Source: an uncultured Chloroflexia bacterium (lineage in GTDB: Bacteria > Chloroflexota > Dehalococcoidia > GIF9 > UBA5629). Taken from it: a DNA stretch of 64,000 bases. The stretch is from the NCBI GenBank assembly GCA_963775935.1, contig CAVZKR010000006.1, positions 111,198 to 175,197 on the forward strand. The letters run 5' to 3'. The notes under the pieces were generated by a model that saw nothing but the letters and a program-made list of their open reading frames with translations, made no database searches and was not told the DNA's origin. Shown here piece after piece: positions 26,644 to 36,427 of this stretch. Positions within the stretch are counted from its first letter, which is position 1. Each line of letters begins with the position of its first letter. Both the position numbers and the translations under genes were made by a program.

Positions 26644-29298
26644 ATGCCAAAATATAGACCTAAAAAGAACACCAGAGAGAAAAAATCATGTCTGAAGGGT
26701 ATTGGCTTTATAGCTTCCGGTAGCGGTGATGCCAATACCTCTGTGATCGATATAAAAAACGGCAGGATAGTCAGGATCAGGCCACTACATTTTGATTGGA
26801 AATACGACAAGAAGGAATTCAATCCCTGGAAGATGGAGGTACGAGGACAGAGCTTTGAACCGAAGATGAAATCACTGATACCTCCCTACAGTTTGTCATA
26901 TAAAAAGAGAGTTTACTCTCCTAACCGCATCCTTTATCCCTTAAAAAGAGTTGATTGGAATCCACATGGCGATAGAAACACAACGAGCAGAGGTAAGAGC
27001 GGCTATGTCAGAATTTCCTGGGATGAGGCTCTAGAAATAATTGTGAGCGAGCTCAAGCGAGTGAAAGAAAAGTATGGTCCAACAGCCATACTTTCCCAGT
27101 CTGATGGACATGGGGAAACAAAGGTTGTGCATGGCCCACACGGCTGTGCCAATAAACTGCTTAGTCTGCTTGGTGGTTATACGATACAGACCAGGAATCC
27201 AGATAGCTGGGAGGGATGGTACTGGGGTGCCAAGCACGTCTGGGGATGTGAGCCGGTAGGGCAAATGGAGCCAACGATTAATGCGATGCCTGATATTGCT
27301 GAGAATAGCGAGCTTCTGTTGTTCTGGGGATGTGATGCGGAAGCTACACCCTGGGGTTTTGACGGACAAATGGCCAGTCGCTTGTGCTACTGGTTTACTG
27401 AACTTGGAATAAAATCGATTTACATTTGCCCGGATGTAAACTACGCTGCTGCAGTTCACGCTGATAAGTGGATCCCGATAAGACCAGGCACTGACGCTGC
27501 ATTACAGTTGGCTATTGCATATGTCTGGATTACTCAAGGAACCTATGATAAGAAGTATATAGCTACTCATTCGGTTGGATTCGATAAATTCGAAGAATAC
27601 GTGTTAGGTAAAGAAGATAAGATTGCCAAGACACCCAAATGGGCTGAAGAGAAAACGGGTATCCCTTCTAGAATAATTAAGGCGCTGGCAAGAGAGTGGG
27701 CCTCAAAGCCGACTTCGATAGCACATGGTAACGGTGGCCCCGCCATCCGAGTGGCATATGCAACTGAAAACGGCAGGCTTGAGATTTTGTTGTTAGCAAT
27801 GCAGGGATTAGGGAAGCCTGGTGTTCACCAGGTCAAAATGCTGGAATGGGGACGGAGGAATGAAAAGATAACTGAACCCATGCCCCTGAGCAAGATACTT
27901 CCCAAAGTGTCATCGTCTTATAGGGGAGCTTTGTTTGCTGTAGGCCCGAGACAGAAAGGAGAGGCTGCCATATCGGAAAATCTGGCCGAGCTTCCCACCC
28001 AAATCATTCCCAAAGATCTCATTCATGACGCATTGTTGAATCCGCCGATCAGCTGGTACGGAACCACCCTCTCCCGTTCTCCTGTGGAAGACCAGTTTAT
28101 AAAGTATACGTATCCAGACAAGGGCTGCTCTGAGATACACATGATATGGACTGATTCACCTTGCTGGATAACCTGTTGGAATGATAGCAATTCCTACATC
28201 AAAGCACTGAGAAGTCCGAAAATAGAATTTATTTTAGCGCAACATCCATGGCTAGAAAATGACTGCCTTTTTGCAGATATCATTCTACCGGCAAGCACCA
28301 AATTCGAACAAGAGGATATCCAGTCAGACATCATGGGCGGGCAGGTTCGTCTAATTTTCAAGGAAAGGAAATGTGTTGAACCGATAGGGGAATCCAGGAG
28401 TGACTATGAGATAGTCTGTATGATAGCTGAAAAATTGGGTTTGCTAAAAGAATATACCGGAGGAATAACTGTTGAACAATTAATAAGGAGCAGTTACGAA
28501 AATTCCGGCATAAAGCCTATGATTTCATATGAAGAGTTTGATGAGAAAGAATACTTTGTCATTCCGACCGATGCCGATTGGAAAAAATACCCCGCAGGAT
28601 TGAGTAAATTCTATGAAGACCCAGAAAACAACCCCTTAACAACGCCAAGTGGTAAGATAGAATTTTATTCCGAGAGATTAGCCAGCCATTTCCCTGGTGA
28701 TAAAGAAAGACCGCCAGTTCCACACTGGATTGAAAAGGGGGAGAGTCATGATGAAAGAATTACCAGTGAAAGAGCAAAACAATATCCCCTGTTGGTTGTT
28801 TCTAACCACCCGAGGTGGAGAGTCCATGCTAATCATGATGATCTGAACTGGGTAAGAGAAATTCCGACATGCAAAGTTACGGGACCTGACGGATACAAAT
28901 ATGAGCCACTCTGGATCAACCCGGCAGATGCTGCATCGAGAGGTATCAACAATGGCGATGTTGTTAAAGTATACAATGAAAGAGGAGCTGTTCTCGGTGG
29001 CGCATATGTAACAGAAAGAATAATGGCTGGAGCTGTATACATAGACCATGGAGCAAGGTATGATCCAATAGTCCCAGGAGAGCTTGATAGAGGTGGCGCA
29101 ATTAACACAATAACACCACATAACACGACCTCTAAGAATGCAACAGGGATGGTCGTCAGTGGTTTTCTCGTCGAGGTTGAACAGGCTGATCTCGACGAAT
29201 TGAGAAGGAAATATCCAGAAGTTTTTACAAGAGAGTATGACAAAGCCTCTGGGCTGAAATTTGAGCGAGTATTGGCTAAAGGAAAAAATGATGGATAA
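26644..29298 (+). CDS. Molybdopterin (bis-PGD) catalytic subunit, pyrogallol-transhydroxylase-like, copy 2
   Basis: 884-aa ORF, colinear paralog of 23889-26540 with the same blocks (DSWEGWYWGAKHVWG, ADKWIPIRPGTDAA, FILAQHPWLENDCLFADIILP, GDVVKVYNERGAVLGGAYVTERIMAGAVYIDHGA). GAAGGGAG RBS. Confidence 0.85.
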   Translation: MPKYRPKKNTREKKSCLKGIGFIASGSGDANTSVIDIKNGRIVRIRPLHFDWKYDKKEFNPWKMEVRGQSFEPKMKSLIPPYSLSYKKRVYSPNRILYPLKRVDWNPHGDRNTTSRGKSGYVRISWDEALEIIVSELKRVKEKYGPTAILSQSDGHGETKVVHGPHGCANKLLSLLGGYTIQTRNPDSWEGWYWGAKHVWGCEPVGQMEPTINAMPDIAENSELLLFWGCDAEATPWGFDGQMASRLCYWFTELGIKSIYICPDVNYAAAVHADKWIPIRPGTDAALQLAIAYVWITQGTYDKKYIATHSVGFDKFEEYVLGKEDKIAKTPKWAEEKTGIPSRIIKALAREWASKPTSIAHGNGGPAIRVAYATENGRLEILLLAMQGLGKPGVHQVKMLEWGRRNEKITEPMPLSKILPKVSSSYRGALFAVGPRQKGEAAISENLAELPTQIIPKDLIHDALLNPPISWYGTTLSRSPVEDQFIKYTYPDKGCSEIHMIWTDSPCWITCWNDSNSYIKALRSPKIEFILAQHPWLENDCLFADIILPASTKFEQEDIQSDIMGGQVRLIFKERKCVEPIGESRSDYEIVCMIAEKLGLLKEYTGGITVEQLIRSSYENSGIKPMISYEEFDEKEYFVIPTDADWKKYPAGLSKFYEDPENNPLTTPSGKIEFYSERLASHFPGDKERPPVPHWIEKGESHDERITSERAKQYPLLVVSNHPRWRVHANHDDLNWVREIPTCKVTGPDGYKYEPLWINPADAASRGINNGDVVKVYNERGAVLGGAYVTERIMAGAVYIDHGARYDPIVPGELDRGGAINTITPHNTTSKNATGMVVSGFLVEVEQADLDELRRKYPEVFTREYDKASGLKFERVLAKGKNDG

Positions 29299-30799
29299 GA
29301 GTAACAACGTAAGCAAAGAAAAAAGAAAAAAGCTGTTAAGGACAGCCAGAGAATACAGGGATAGCCTGCAAAAATTGAATTTGACTGTCTACTTATTGGG
29401 AGAAAAAGTTGATAGCTGGATAGACAATCCCATCATAAAACCCTCTATGAATGCGGTAGCTATGACCTATAAGCTGGCAAACGATCCTAAAACTGAGGAT
29501 TTGGCAACTACGAAATCAATGCTTACAGGCAAACCAGTGAACAGGTTTAACTCTCTTTTCATGAGCCCGGATGATATGGTGAACAAGATAAAATTACAGA
29601 GAGTGCTGGGACAAAGGACGGCTTGTTGTTTCCAGAGATGCGTTGGCATGGACGCTATCAATGCTACATTTAGTACTACGTATGAAATTGATGAGAAATA
29701 TGGCACCCAGTACCATCAGAGGTTTAGAAAGTGGCTTCAATACATACAGGAGAATGATTTCTGTGTTGCTGGAGCTATGACTGATGTTAAAGGAAACAGG
29801 GGTTTAGCACCAAGCCAGCAGGCAGACCCGGATATGTTTGTTCATGTTGTTGAGAAAAGAGATGATGGGATTATTATTCGAGGGAGCAAAGCAAACATAA
29901 CAGGGACAGTAAATTCGCATGAAATGCTGCTGATGCCTACCTTGAGAATGAGAGAGGAGGATAAAGACTATTCAGTATCCTGCGCTATTCCTACTGATGC
30001 CAAAGGAGTAATTCATATCTACGGCAGACAATCCTGCGATACTCGCAAGTTAGAGAAGGGTGATATTGACGTGGGTAACTACAACTTTGGTGGTCATGAG
30101 ACATTAACTATTCTTGACAACGTCTTTGTGCCCTGGGACCATGTGTTTATGTGTGGAGAGTACGATTTCAGCATCATGCTGGTGGAACGCTTTGCCGCTT
30201 ATCATCGACAAAGCTATGGCGGCTGCAAACCTGGCATTGCCGATGTTCTGATTGGAGCCGCGGCATCAATGGCTGATTACAATGGTGTCAGAAAAGCTGC
30301 TCATATCAGAGAGAAAATCGGGGAAATGATTCATCTTGCCGAAACAATACATGCCTGTGGATTAGCCTGTGCCCACCAGGGATGGAAAACGAAATCGGGT
30401 AACTACCAGGCTCATGTGCTCCTGGCAAATATTTGCAAGCACAATACCACCAGGTTCCCCTATGAGATCACCAGGCTCGCTGAAGATATAGCCGGCGGAC
30501 TGTTAGTAACAACCCCATCTGAGGGTGATTTTAAAAATCCAGAGATAGGAAAATACCTGGACAAATACCTGAAGGGAGATGCTCAATACTCCACGGAAGA
30601 ACGCTATCGTATGTTAACGCTCATTCATGCGATGTGTTTCGGTGTGGTAGCTCCCAGCTACCGAACAGAGTCGATGCATGGCGCTGGTTCTCCCCAGGCA
30701 CAGAAAATCATGATGGAGCGTGAGACTGATATGGAGACAAAACAAAAGCTTGCGCGTAGCATCGCCGGGATAGATCCCAGAGAAGATGTATTTGAATAG
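29288..30799 (+). CDS. abfD: 4-hydroxybutyryl-CoA dehydratase / vinylacetyl-CoA isomerase family (AbfD-type, HpaB fold)
   Basis: Start ATG 29288 overlaps the preceding stop by 11 nt. EYRDSLQKLNLTVYLLGEKV N-terminus. CFQRC (C-x3-C) and HRQSYGGC (H-x6-C) reproduce the spacing of the [4Fe-4S] ligands Cys99/Cys103/His292/Cys299 of Clostridium aminobutyricum AbfD. Confidence 0.75.
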   Translation: MMDKSNNVSKEKRKKLLRTAREYRDSLQKLNLTVYLLGEKVDSWIDNPIIKPSMNAVAMTYKLANDPKTEDLATTKSMLTGKPVNRFNSLFMSPDDMVNKIKLQRVLGQRTACCFQRCVGMDAINATFSTTYEIDEKYGTQYHQRFRKWLQYIQENDFCVAGAMTDVKGNRGLAPSQQADPDMFVHVVEKRDDGIIIRGSKANITGTVNSHEMLLMPTLRMREEDKDYSVSCAIPTDAKGVIHIYGRQSCDTRKLEKGDIDVGNYNFGGHETLTILDNVFVPWDHVFMCGEYDFSIMLVERFAAYHRQSYGGCKPGIADVLIGAAASMADYNGVRKAAHIREKIGEMIHLAETIHACGLACAHQGWKTKSGNYQAHVLLANICKHNTTRFPYEITRLAEDIAGGLLVTTPSEGDFKNPEIGKYLDKYLKGDAQYSTEERYRMLTLIHAMCFGVVAPSYRTESMHGAGSPQAQKIMMERETDMETKQKLARSIAGIDPREDVFE

Positions 30800-30821
30800 T
30801 CGTTGAAAGGAGGTAGGTATA

Positions 30822-32015
30822 ATGCCTTACTTTTTTAGTCCGAAAATATTATATGGAAAGGGTATGTTGAAGAGGCTGGGAAGTGAAATAGCAGGTCATG
30901 GAAATAAAGCAATCATCATTACTGACAAAATTATGGCAAAGACGAGCGACCAGCTTGTCGAGACTATCAAAACTGCCGGGTACGAGGTCAAGATATGGGA
31001 TGGCGCCGAGCCAGACCCCTCTGTCGAGGTAGCACAAGCTGCCAACAAGGCACTTATCGCGTTTGAACCACAGTTAGTAGTTGGCTACGGTGGAGGTTCA
31101 GCCATTGATACAGCAAAAGCGGCATGGGTGCTTTATGAAAACCCCGAGGTAGCTGCTGCTGAAGGAGGCATAGCAGCAGTTAATATTAAAACCAAGTTGA
31201 ACTGGCGCAAGAAAGCTCTGTTTATCACCGTCCCTACTACCAGCGGCACCGGTTCAGATGTAACCTGGGCAATTGTGCTTACTGATAACATAAACCACAG
31301 AAAGATAGGATTTGCAAATAATGAAATCGTGCCTGATATTGCACTTTTGGTTCCAGAGTTTACCAGTGGAATGCCCAGGTCATTAACCGCTAGCACTGGA
31401 ATGGATGTTCTGGGACATGCCATTGACGGGTATACGGCTCGACAGCAAAATGATTTCAGTGATGGTCTCTGTTTACAAGCGGCGAAGATGACCTTTGAGT
31501 GGCTTCCCAAAGCCTGTGCAGATGGAAATGACCTTGTAGCCAGGGAGAAAATGCAGAACGCAGCCACTATTGCCGGGTTAGGTTTCGGCAACAGCAACAC
31601 ATCACTTAGTCATGCATTGGGACATGCACTTGGAGCTACCTTTGGTATACCTCATGGACGAGCCATTGGAATAGCGCTCCCCTATTCTCTGGAATACATT
31701 TCCTCAAATCCTCCTATGCAAGGTGCTCCAGACCCTGTAGAGAGATTAAGTACCATTGCCAGGTTTATAGGAACCAATGCAGGAACTGCACCAGCATCAG
31801 TAAATAAGCTTATTGTGAAAATCCGAGATTTAGCAAAAGACATCGGTGAGCCACTAAGCTTAAAGGAAGCTGGGATACATGAGAGGCAGATGTTAGAGAA
31901 AATAGACCTTCTGGTAACCCTAGCCAGTAAGGATGTCAATATGTTCTCCAGTCCGTGTGAATGCAAGGATGAAAAATTGAAGCAGTTATTTAAGAATATG
32001 TGGGAAGGAAAGTAA
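30822..32015 (+). CDS. Iron-containing (group III) alcohol dehydrogenase
   Basis: 397-aa ORF with GYGGGSAIDTAKA, PTTSGTGSDVT, and the His-rich metal motif LSHALGHALGATFGIPHG. Confidence 0.85.
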   Translation: MPYFFSPKILYGKGMLKRLGSEIAGHGNKAIIITDKIMAKTSDQLVETIKTAGYEVKIWDGAEPDPSVEVAQAANKALIAFEPQLVVGYGGGSAIDTAKAAWVLYENPEVAAAEGGIAAVNIKTKLNWRKKALFITVPTTSGTGSDVTWAIVLTDNINHRKIGFANNEIVPDIALLVPEFTSGMPRSLTASTGMDVLGHAIDGYTARQQNDFSDGLCLQAAKMTFEWLPKACADGNDLVAREKMQNAATIAGLGFGNSNTSLSHALGHALGATFGIPHGRAIGIALPYSLEYISSNPPMQGAPDPVERLSTIARFIGTNAGTAPASVNKLIVKIRDLAKDIGEPLSLKEAGIHERQMLEKIDLLVTLASKDVNMFSSPCECKDEKLKQLFKNMWEGK

Positions 32016-32294
32016 TCTATTTACACCCTGTTACTGAAAGAAAAAGGCTTTATAACTATATTAAATCCAATATAAGTTAATGATAAGAAGTATCAAAATA
32101 AACATTCTAGTAAATATATGCCTCAAAAATCCAAATTTCCTGGGCTAGTATTCTGGTTCTACCGAAAATATTATACTTGATAATCTGCAAGATTCTTCGG
32201 TTGAAATTAGTAATGTAAGGGATTGGGCATATGAGGTATTCTATTACATCATATTGAGGAGTACATTTATTAAAGAGGCGAGTCGATTATGGAC

Positions 32295-33075
32295 TTATAA
32301 CCACTCTGCCCTTGTGGCTGATGCGATAATACTGCAAATACAAAGTCCAGCGAAGACGATGAAAGCTATGCGAATGCTTTGCATGAAAGATGCGTAGTAT
32401 TCAGGTGTAATTGCCGCGTTGCCAATATAGAGTGAAAACAAGAGTATAATAACGCTCATACTGAATGTTATGCCGATATTTCTGGTTGTGGCTTGTATTG
32501 CCGAGGCAACTCCATAATGCTTTCTCTCTACGGAGCTCATTATAGCGTTGGTATTCGGAGATGTAAAAAAGGCATATCCCAAACCGAGTAAAACGAGAGC
32601 AATTATAATGTTTATCAGTCCTTGATTCTCGGTGGCATGGAACAGCAATAAAATCCCGATGAGCACTACCACGATTGCAATCGACACATTTACTCGTGGT
32701 TGTATTCTATCAGAGATTCTGCCGGCTATCGGCGAAGAAATGGCCATGATAGCCGGAGTGATTAACAGGATAAATCCTGCCTCCTGGGAACTAAATCCTT
32801 TTATATATTGTAGGTAGAGGCTCATAATAAATGTTATGGCAAATGTGGCTGTATAGAAGAGAAAATGGGCAAAGCTGCTGAATGCAAACAGGCGATTTCT
32901 GGTGATGAGGCTAATATTGAATATAGGACTTTGACCTTTAATTCCCATGGAATAAATAATATTGCTGCTACGACACCAATTACGATTATCAATATACCCG
33001 ATTGGTTTGGCAGTAATGGAAAACCATAGAGGAGACAAAACAACATTATTGATAGTAATATTGAACCGATAATAT
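32295..33075 (-). pseudogene. MFS transporter pseudogene (N-terminal half deleted, plus frameshift near 32940)
   Basis: Two minus-strand frames (32295-33038 and 32834-33148) together align with residues from about 195 to the end of the intact MFS at 35007-36392 (DIIGSILLSIMLFCLLYGF vs DLIGSIAYILFLLLILYGF; SLYLQYIKGFSSQEAG vs SFYLQYIKGFSPQEAG). The frame switches between IPWE and KGQSPIFNISL. Confidence 0.7.
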
Positions 33076-33079
33076 CAGC

Positions 33080-33682
33080 ATGGAGGAAGGAGCGCTCTTG
33101 GAGCCGGTTTCTGTAGCTTTGCATGGGATTGATCGGACGGAGATCCATCCGGGAAATTTCGTATTTATATCCGGGGCTGGACCAATAGGGATCCTTATGC
33201 TGGAATTGGCTAGATTATCCGGTGCTGCCAAGATTATGGTCTCGGACCCGGTAGCCATTAAAAGGAAGTTGGCACAGGATCTCGGCGCTGATATAACCAT
33301 CAATACTTTACAAGAAGATGTGGAACAAGCCAGTAATCGATTCACTAGTGGAAAAGGCTTTGATGTGGTGTTGGAAGCCAGCGGCAACCTGAAAGCTGTT
33401 AAGCAATCGTTATCTTTAGCTGGAAAGGGCGGCACTGTAGTCTGGGCGGCATCATATCCTTTTGAGGCTGAAGTAGCCATCAATCCTTTTTTTATGTTTG
33501 TTAAAGAACTGACGGTTCGGTCTGTTTTATTGTCTCCTTATTCATTCCCCAGAGCATTAAACATCTTGCCTAAGCTTAACCTGCGACCACTTATCTCCAA
33601 TATTATTCTACTTCAACACATTGATAAAGCTTTTGCTCTCCACAAACAAGGTGACCAGATCAAAATATTAATTAAACCGTAA
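33080..33682 (+). pseudogene. Zinc-type (MDR) alcohol dehydrogenase, C-terminal fragment only
   Basis: 200-aa ORF starts at EEGALLEPVSVALHG, then the Rossmann motif FISGAGPIGILMLELA. The roughly 140-aa catalytic N-terminal domain is absent, and there is no RBS. Confidence 0.65.
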
Positions 33683-33711
33683 CTCATTAAAAATATAGAA
33701 TGGAGGTTAAA

Positions 33712-34692
33712 ATGAATATTCTTGTCATCGGAGGCAGCGGCCTTTTCGGCCGCAAGACAGTATTTCATCTTCTTCAAGACGCAGAAATAGCGAATGTGGT
33801 TTCTATGGATATAACTCCCCCTAAAGAATGGTTTATGAAGTCAATTGAAAAGTATGTTTCGAAATTTCATTATATCCGTGGCGATGTCTCACAAATGGAA
33901 GATATTTTAAATGTTATGAAATCATTTTCGATTAACAAAGTAGTGAATTGGGCATTTTTACTGGGAGACGCGGTTAATATTAGCCCAAGGACTACCGTCA
34001 AGGTTAACGTCTTAGGTATGAGTAATACTTTTGAAGCAGCCAGAATAATGGGATTATCACGCGTTATTTATGCCAGTTCCGAGACTGTCTACGGTACCCA
34101 GGATGATTATGGAGATATAGAAGTAACCGAAGATGATCGCCTTTACCCCAGTCATTCCTATGCCTTATGCAAACGCTTTGCGGAACTTCAAGCTGACCTC
34201 TACACTCAACTCTATGGAATGAATTTCACTGGTCTGCGTCCGACCATCGGTTACGGTCACAGCGGTCAGGCACCTACAATTGTGAAATGGTTTTCCGATA
34301 TAGTCTCCTTACCCGCTTTAGGCAAACCAGCCTCGTTTGAAATTGATGGTAGAGCCTTATTTTCTCTGGTCTATGCGGACGACCTGGCTAGATTCACTGC
34401 AACTCTTTTAAAAGCTCCATCCTCCCCACATCCCGTATATAATATCGGCGGACCTCCCTGCAGCCTTATCGATGTTGCCGTGCAAGTTCGTCGGTATCTC
34501 CCGGACGCCAAAATCGAATTTGGTAAGCAGCCCATGGTAGGGCAAGGGAAAGGCGCTCAGCTTCCCTGGAAAGTCAGCTGTGCCAGAGCAAAAGAGGATT
34601 TCGGATTTACTTTGATGCCATTAGAAAAAGCTGTTCTAATGCATATTAATGACGCCAGGCTGGAAGCAGGTTTAAAGCCGATAATCGGCTAG
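33712..34692 (+). CDS. NAD-dependent epimerase/dehydratase (extended SDR)
   Basis: ATG 33712 follows GGAGG by 5 nt. MNILVIGGSGLFG glycine-rich motif and YxxxK (YALCK). Confidence 0.8.
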   Translation: MNILVIGGSGLFGRKTVFHLLQDAEIANVVSMDITPPKEWFMKSIEKYVSKFHYIRGDVSQMEDILNVMKSFSINKVVNWAFLLGDAVNISPRTTVKVNVLGMSNTFEAARIMGLSRVIYASSETVYGTQDDYGDIEVTEDDRLYPSHSYALCKRFAELQADLYTQLYGMNFTGLRPTIGYGHSGQAPTIVKWFSDIVSLPALGKPASFEIDGRALFSLVYADDLARFTATLLKAPSSPHPVYNIGGPPCSLIDVAVQVRRYLPDAKIEFGKQPMVGQGKGAQLPWKVSCARAKEDFGFTLMPLEKAVLMHINDARLEAGLKPIIG

Positions 34693-35006
34693 ACACTGGC
34701 AGATAAACAATAGGTGCCAGGTTCATAGACTAGCGCCACTTGTTTCTTAAGATAAGATTAGAATTAACTAAGCGACAGCACGGTTCTTACAGGCAGCATA
34801 GGTATTGTTAAACATTTTCTCGATTCATGTTTTCTACCGTCAGCCTCCAGAGACTAAGGTCAAGGCAGGACGTGGGCATTCTAAACAGTTCCATAATATG
34901 ACCTGCTTCCCGAAAATAAGTCCAGTATTAATGTTAGACTGGAGATCAAGTAAGCTTCCATAAGTGGTTATTTTCATTTATACTTGATCAAAAATGTATA
35001 AGCAAG

Positions 35007-36392
35007 ATGAAACGCACAGCTGAAAATACAAATAAAAATATTACGCTGCTAATAGTCTGTTTAGTTAGTTTCACCACCGCCCTATTGAACCCGTGTGTGA
35101 ATATAGCTTTACCTTCAATAGGAAGAGAGCTTGGCATACCGGCGGTAACACTAGGGTGGGTTAACAACGCATGGGTATTAGCGGTTGCCGCATTCTTGGT
35201 TCCGGCCGGGCGTTTAGCAGATATCTATGGCAGGAGAAAGCTATTTTTCTTCGGGATGGTGCTCTTTGCCGTATCTTCTTTTTTATGTGCTCTTGCCTAT
35301 TCCAGTACTATAATTATCTCATTTCGAATAATTCAGGGGATCGCCTGTGGTATGACGATTAGCTCATCAGTACCCATTTTAACCTCTGCTTTCCCTGTAG
35401 AGGAAAGAGGGAGAGTTCTCGGCATATTTGTAGCAGCAGTGTATTTAGGGCTTTCTGTTGGGCCATTTTTGGGCGGCATTTTTACACAGAACTTTGGCTG
35501 GGAGAGTATTTTCTTTTTCAATGCGGGTCTCGGCCTGCTGGTAATTTTTCTAATGTTCTGGAAATTGAAAGGAGACCAGAGTGAGTGCAGGGCGGAAAAA
35601 TTCGATCTTATAGGCTCAATTGCTTACATCCTTTTCCTTCTGCTGATATTGTATGGTTTCGCAGTTTTACCATCTATGACCGGAGTAGTCCCTTTGGTGC
35701 TGGGAATTCCCATTGCATTGTGGTTTATTTGGTGGGAATCCAAACAACATAATCCTCTTCTTGATTTAAGTCTTTTTAGGAAGAACTCAGTCTTTGTTTT
35801 CTCAAATCTGGCCACTCTAATTAACTATAGTGCTACCACCGCCATAATATTTCTTCTAAGTTTTTACCTGCAATATATTAAGGGGTTCTCACCGCAGGAG
35901 GCTGGCTTGATTTTACTAATTGAGCCAGCAGTCATGACCCTGTTTTCTCCATTTGTTGGAAGGTTTTCCGACCGGGTAAAACCACAACTATTAGCTTCGA
36001 TAGGAATGTCCCTGAACCTGGTATCATTGGTACTACTCGCCTTTTTAAGCAATGATACCAGCCTGGGATTTATTGGAGTTAGTTTAGCTATTTTCGGCAT
36101 GGGTATGGGTTTTTTTGTCTCTCCTAATACCAGTGCCGTTGTTGGCTCTGTGGACAAGAAGGTTTTAGGAACCGCATCAGGAGTGCAGGCCACGTCCAGG
36201 TATATTGGCATGGCGCTGAGCATGGCAATAGTGATGATTTCTTTCTCAATTTACTTCGGTAGCGCCCAAATAACTCCTGAATATTATCCATCTTTCTTGG
36301 CAAGCCTGCCAGTAATGTTTATAATCTTTGCCGTTTTTTGCTTCGGTGGTATATTTGCCCAGCTCAGAGGTGCTAAGACAACGAGAAAATAA
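35007..36392 (+). CDS. MFS transporter (DHA2/EmrB-like, about 14 TM)
   Basis: 461-aa hydrophobic ORF with the MFS signature GRLADIYGRRKLFF and many predicted TM spans. Confidence 0.85.
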   Translation: MKRTAENTNKNITLLIVCLVSFTTALLNPCVNIALPSIGRELGIPAVTLGWVNNAWVLAVAAFLVPAGRLADIYGRRKLFFFGMVLFAVSSFLCALAYSSTIIISFRIIQGIACGMTISSSVPILTSAFPVEERGRVLGIFVAAVYLGLSVGPFLGGIFTQNFGWESIFFFNAGLGLLVIFLMFWKLKGDQSECRAEKFDLIGSIAYILFLLLILYGFAVLPSMTGVVPLVLGIPIALWFIWWESKQHNPLLDLSLFRKNSVFVFSNLATLINYSATTAIIFLLSFYLQYIKGFSPQEAGLILLIEPAVMTLFSPFVGRFSDRVKPQLLASIGMSLNLVSLVLLAFLSNDTSLGFIGVSLAIFGMGMGFFVSPNTSAVVGSVDKKVLGTASGVQATSRYIGMALSMAIVMISFSIYFGSAQITPEYYPSFLASLPVMFIIFAVFCFGGIFAQLRGAKTTRK

Positions 36393-36427
36393 AAGAGCTT
36401 CAATACGGGAATACCCGCAAATACCAC

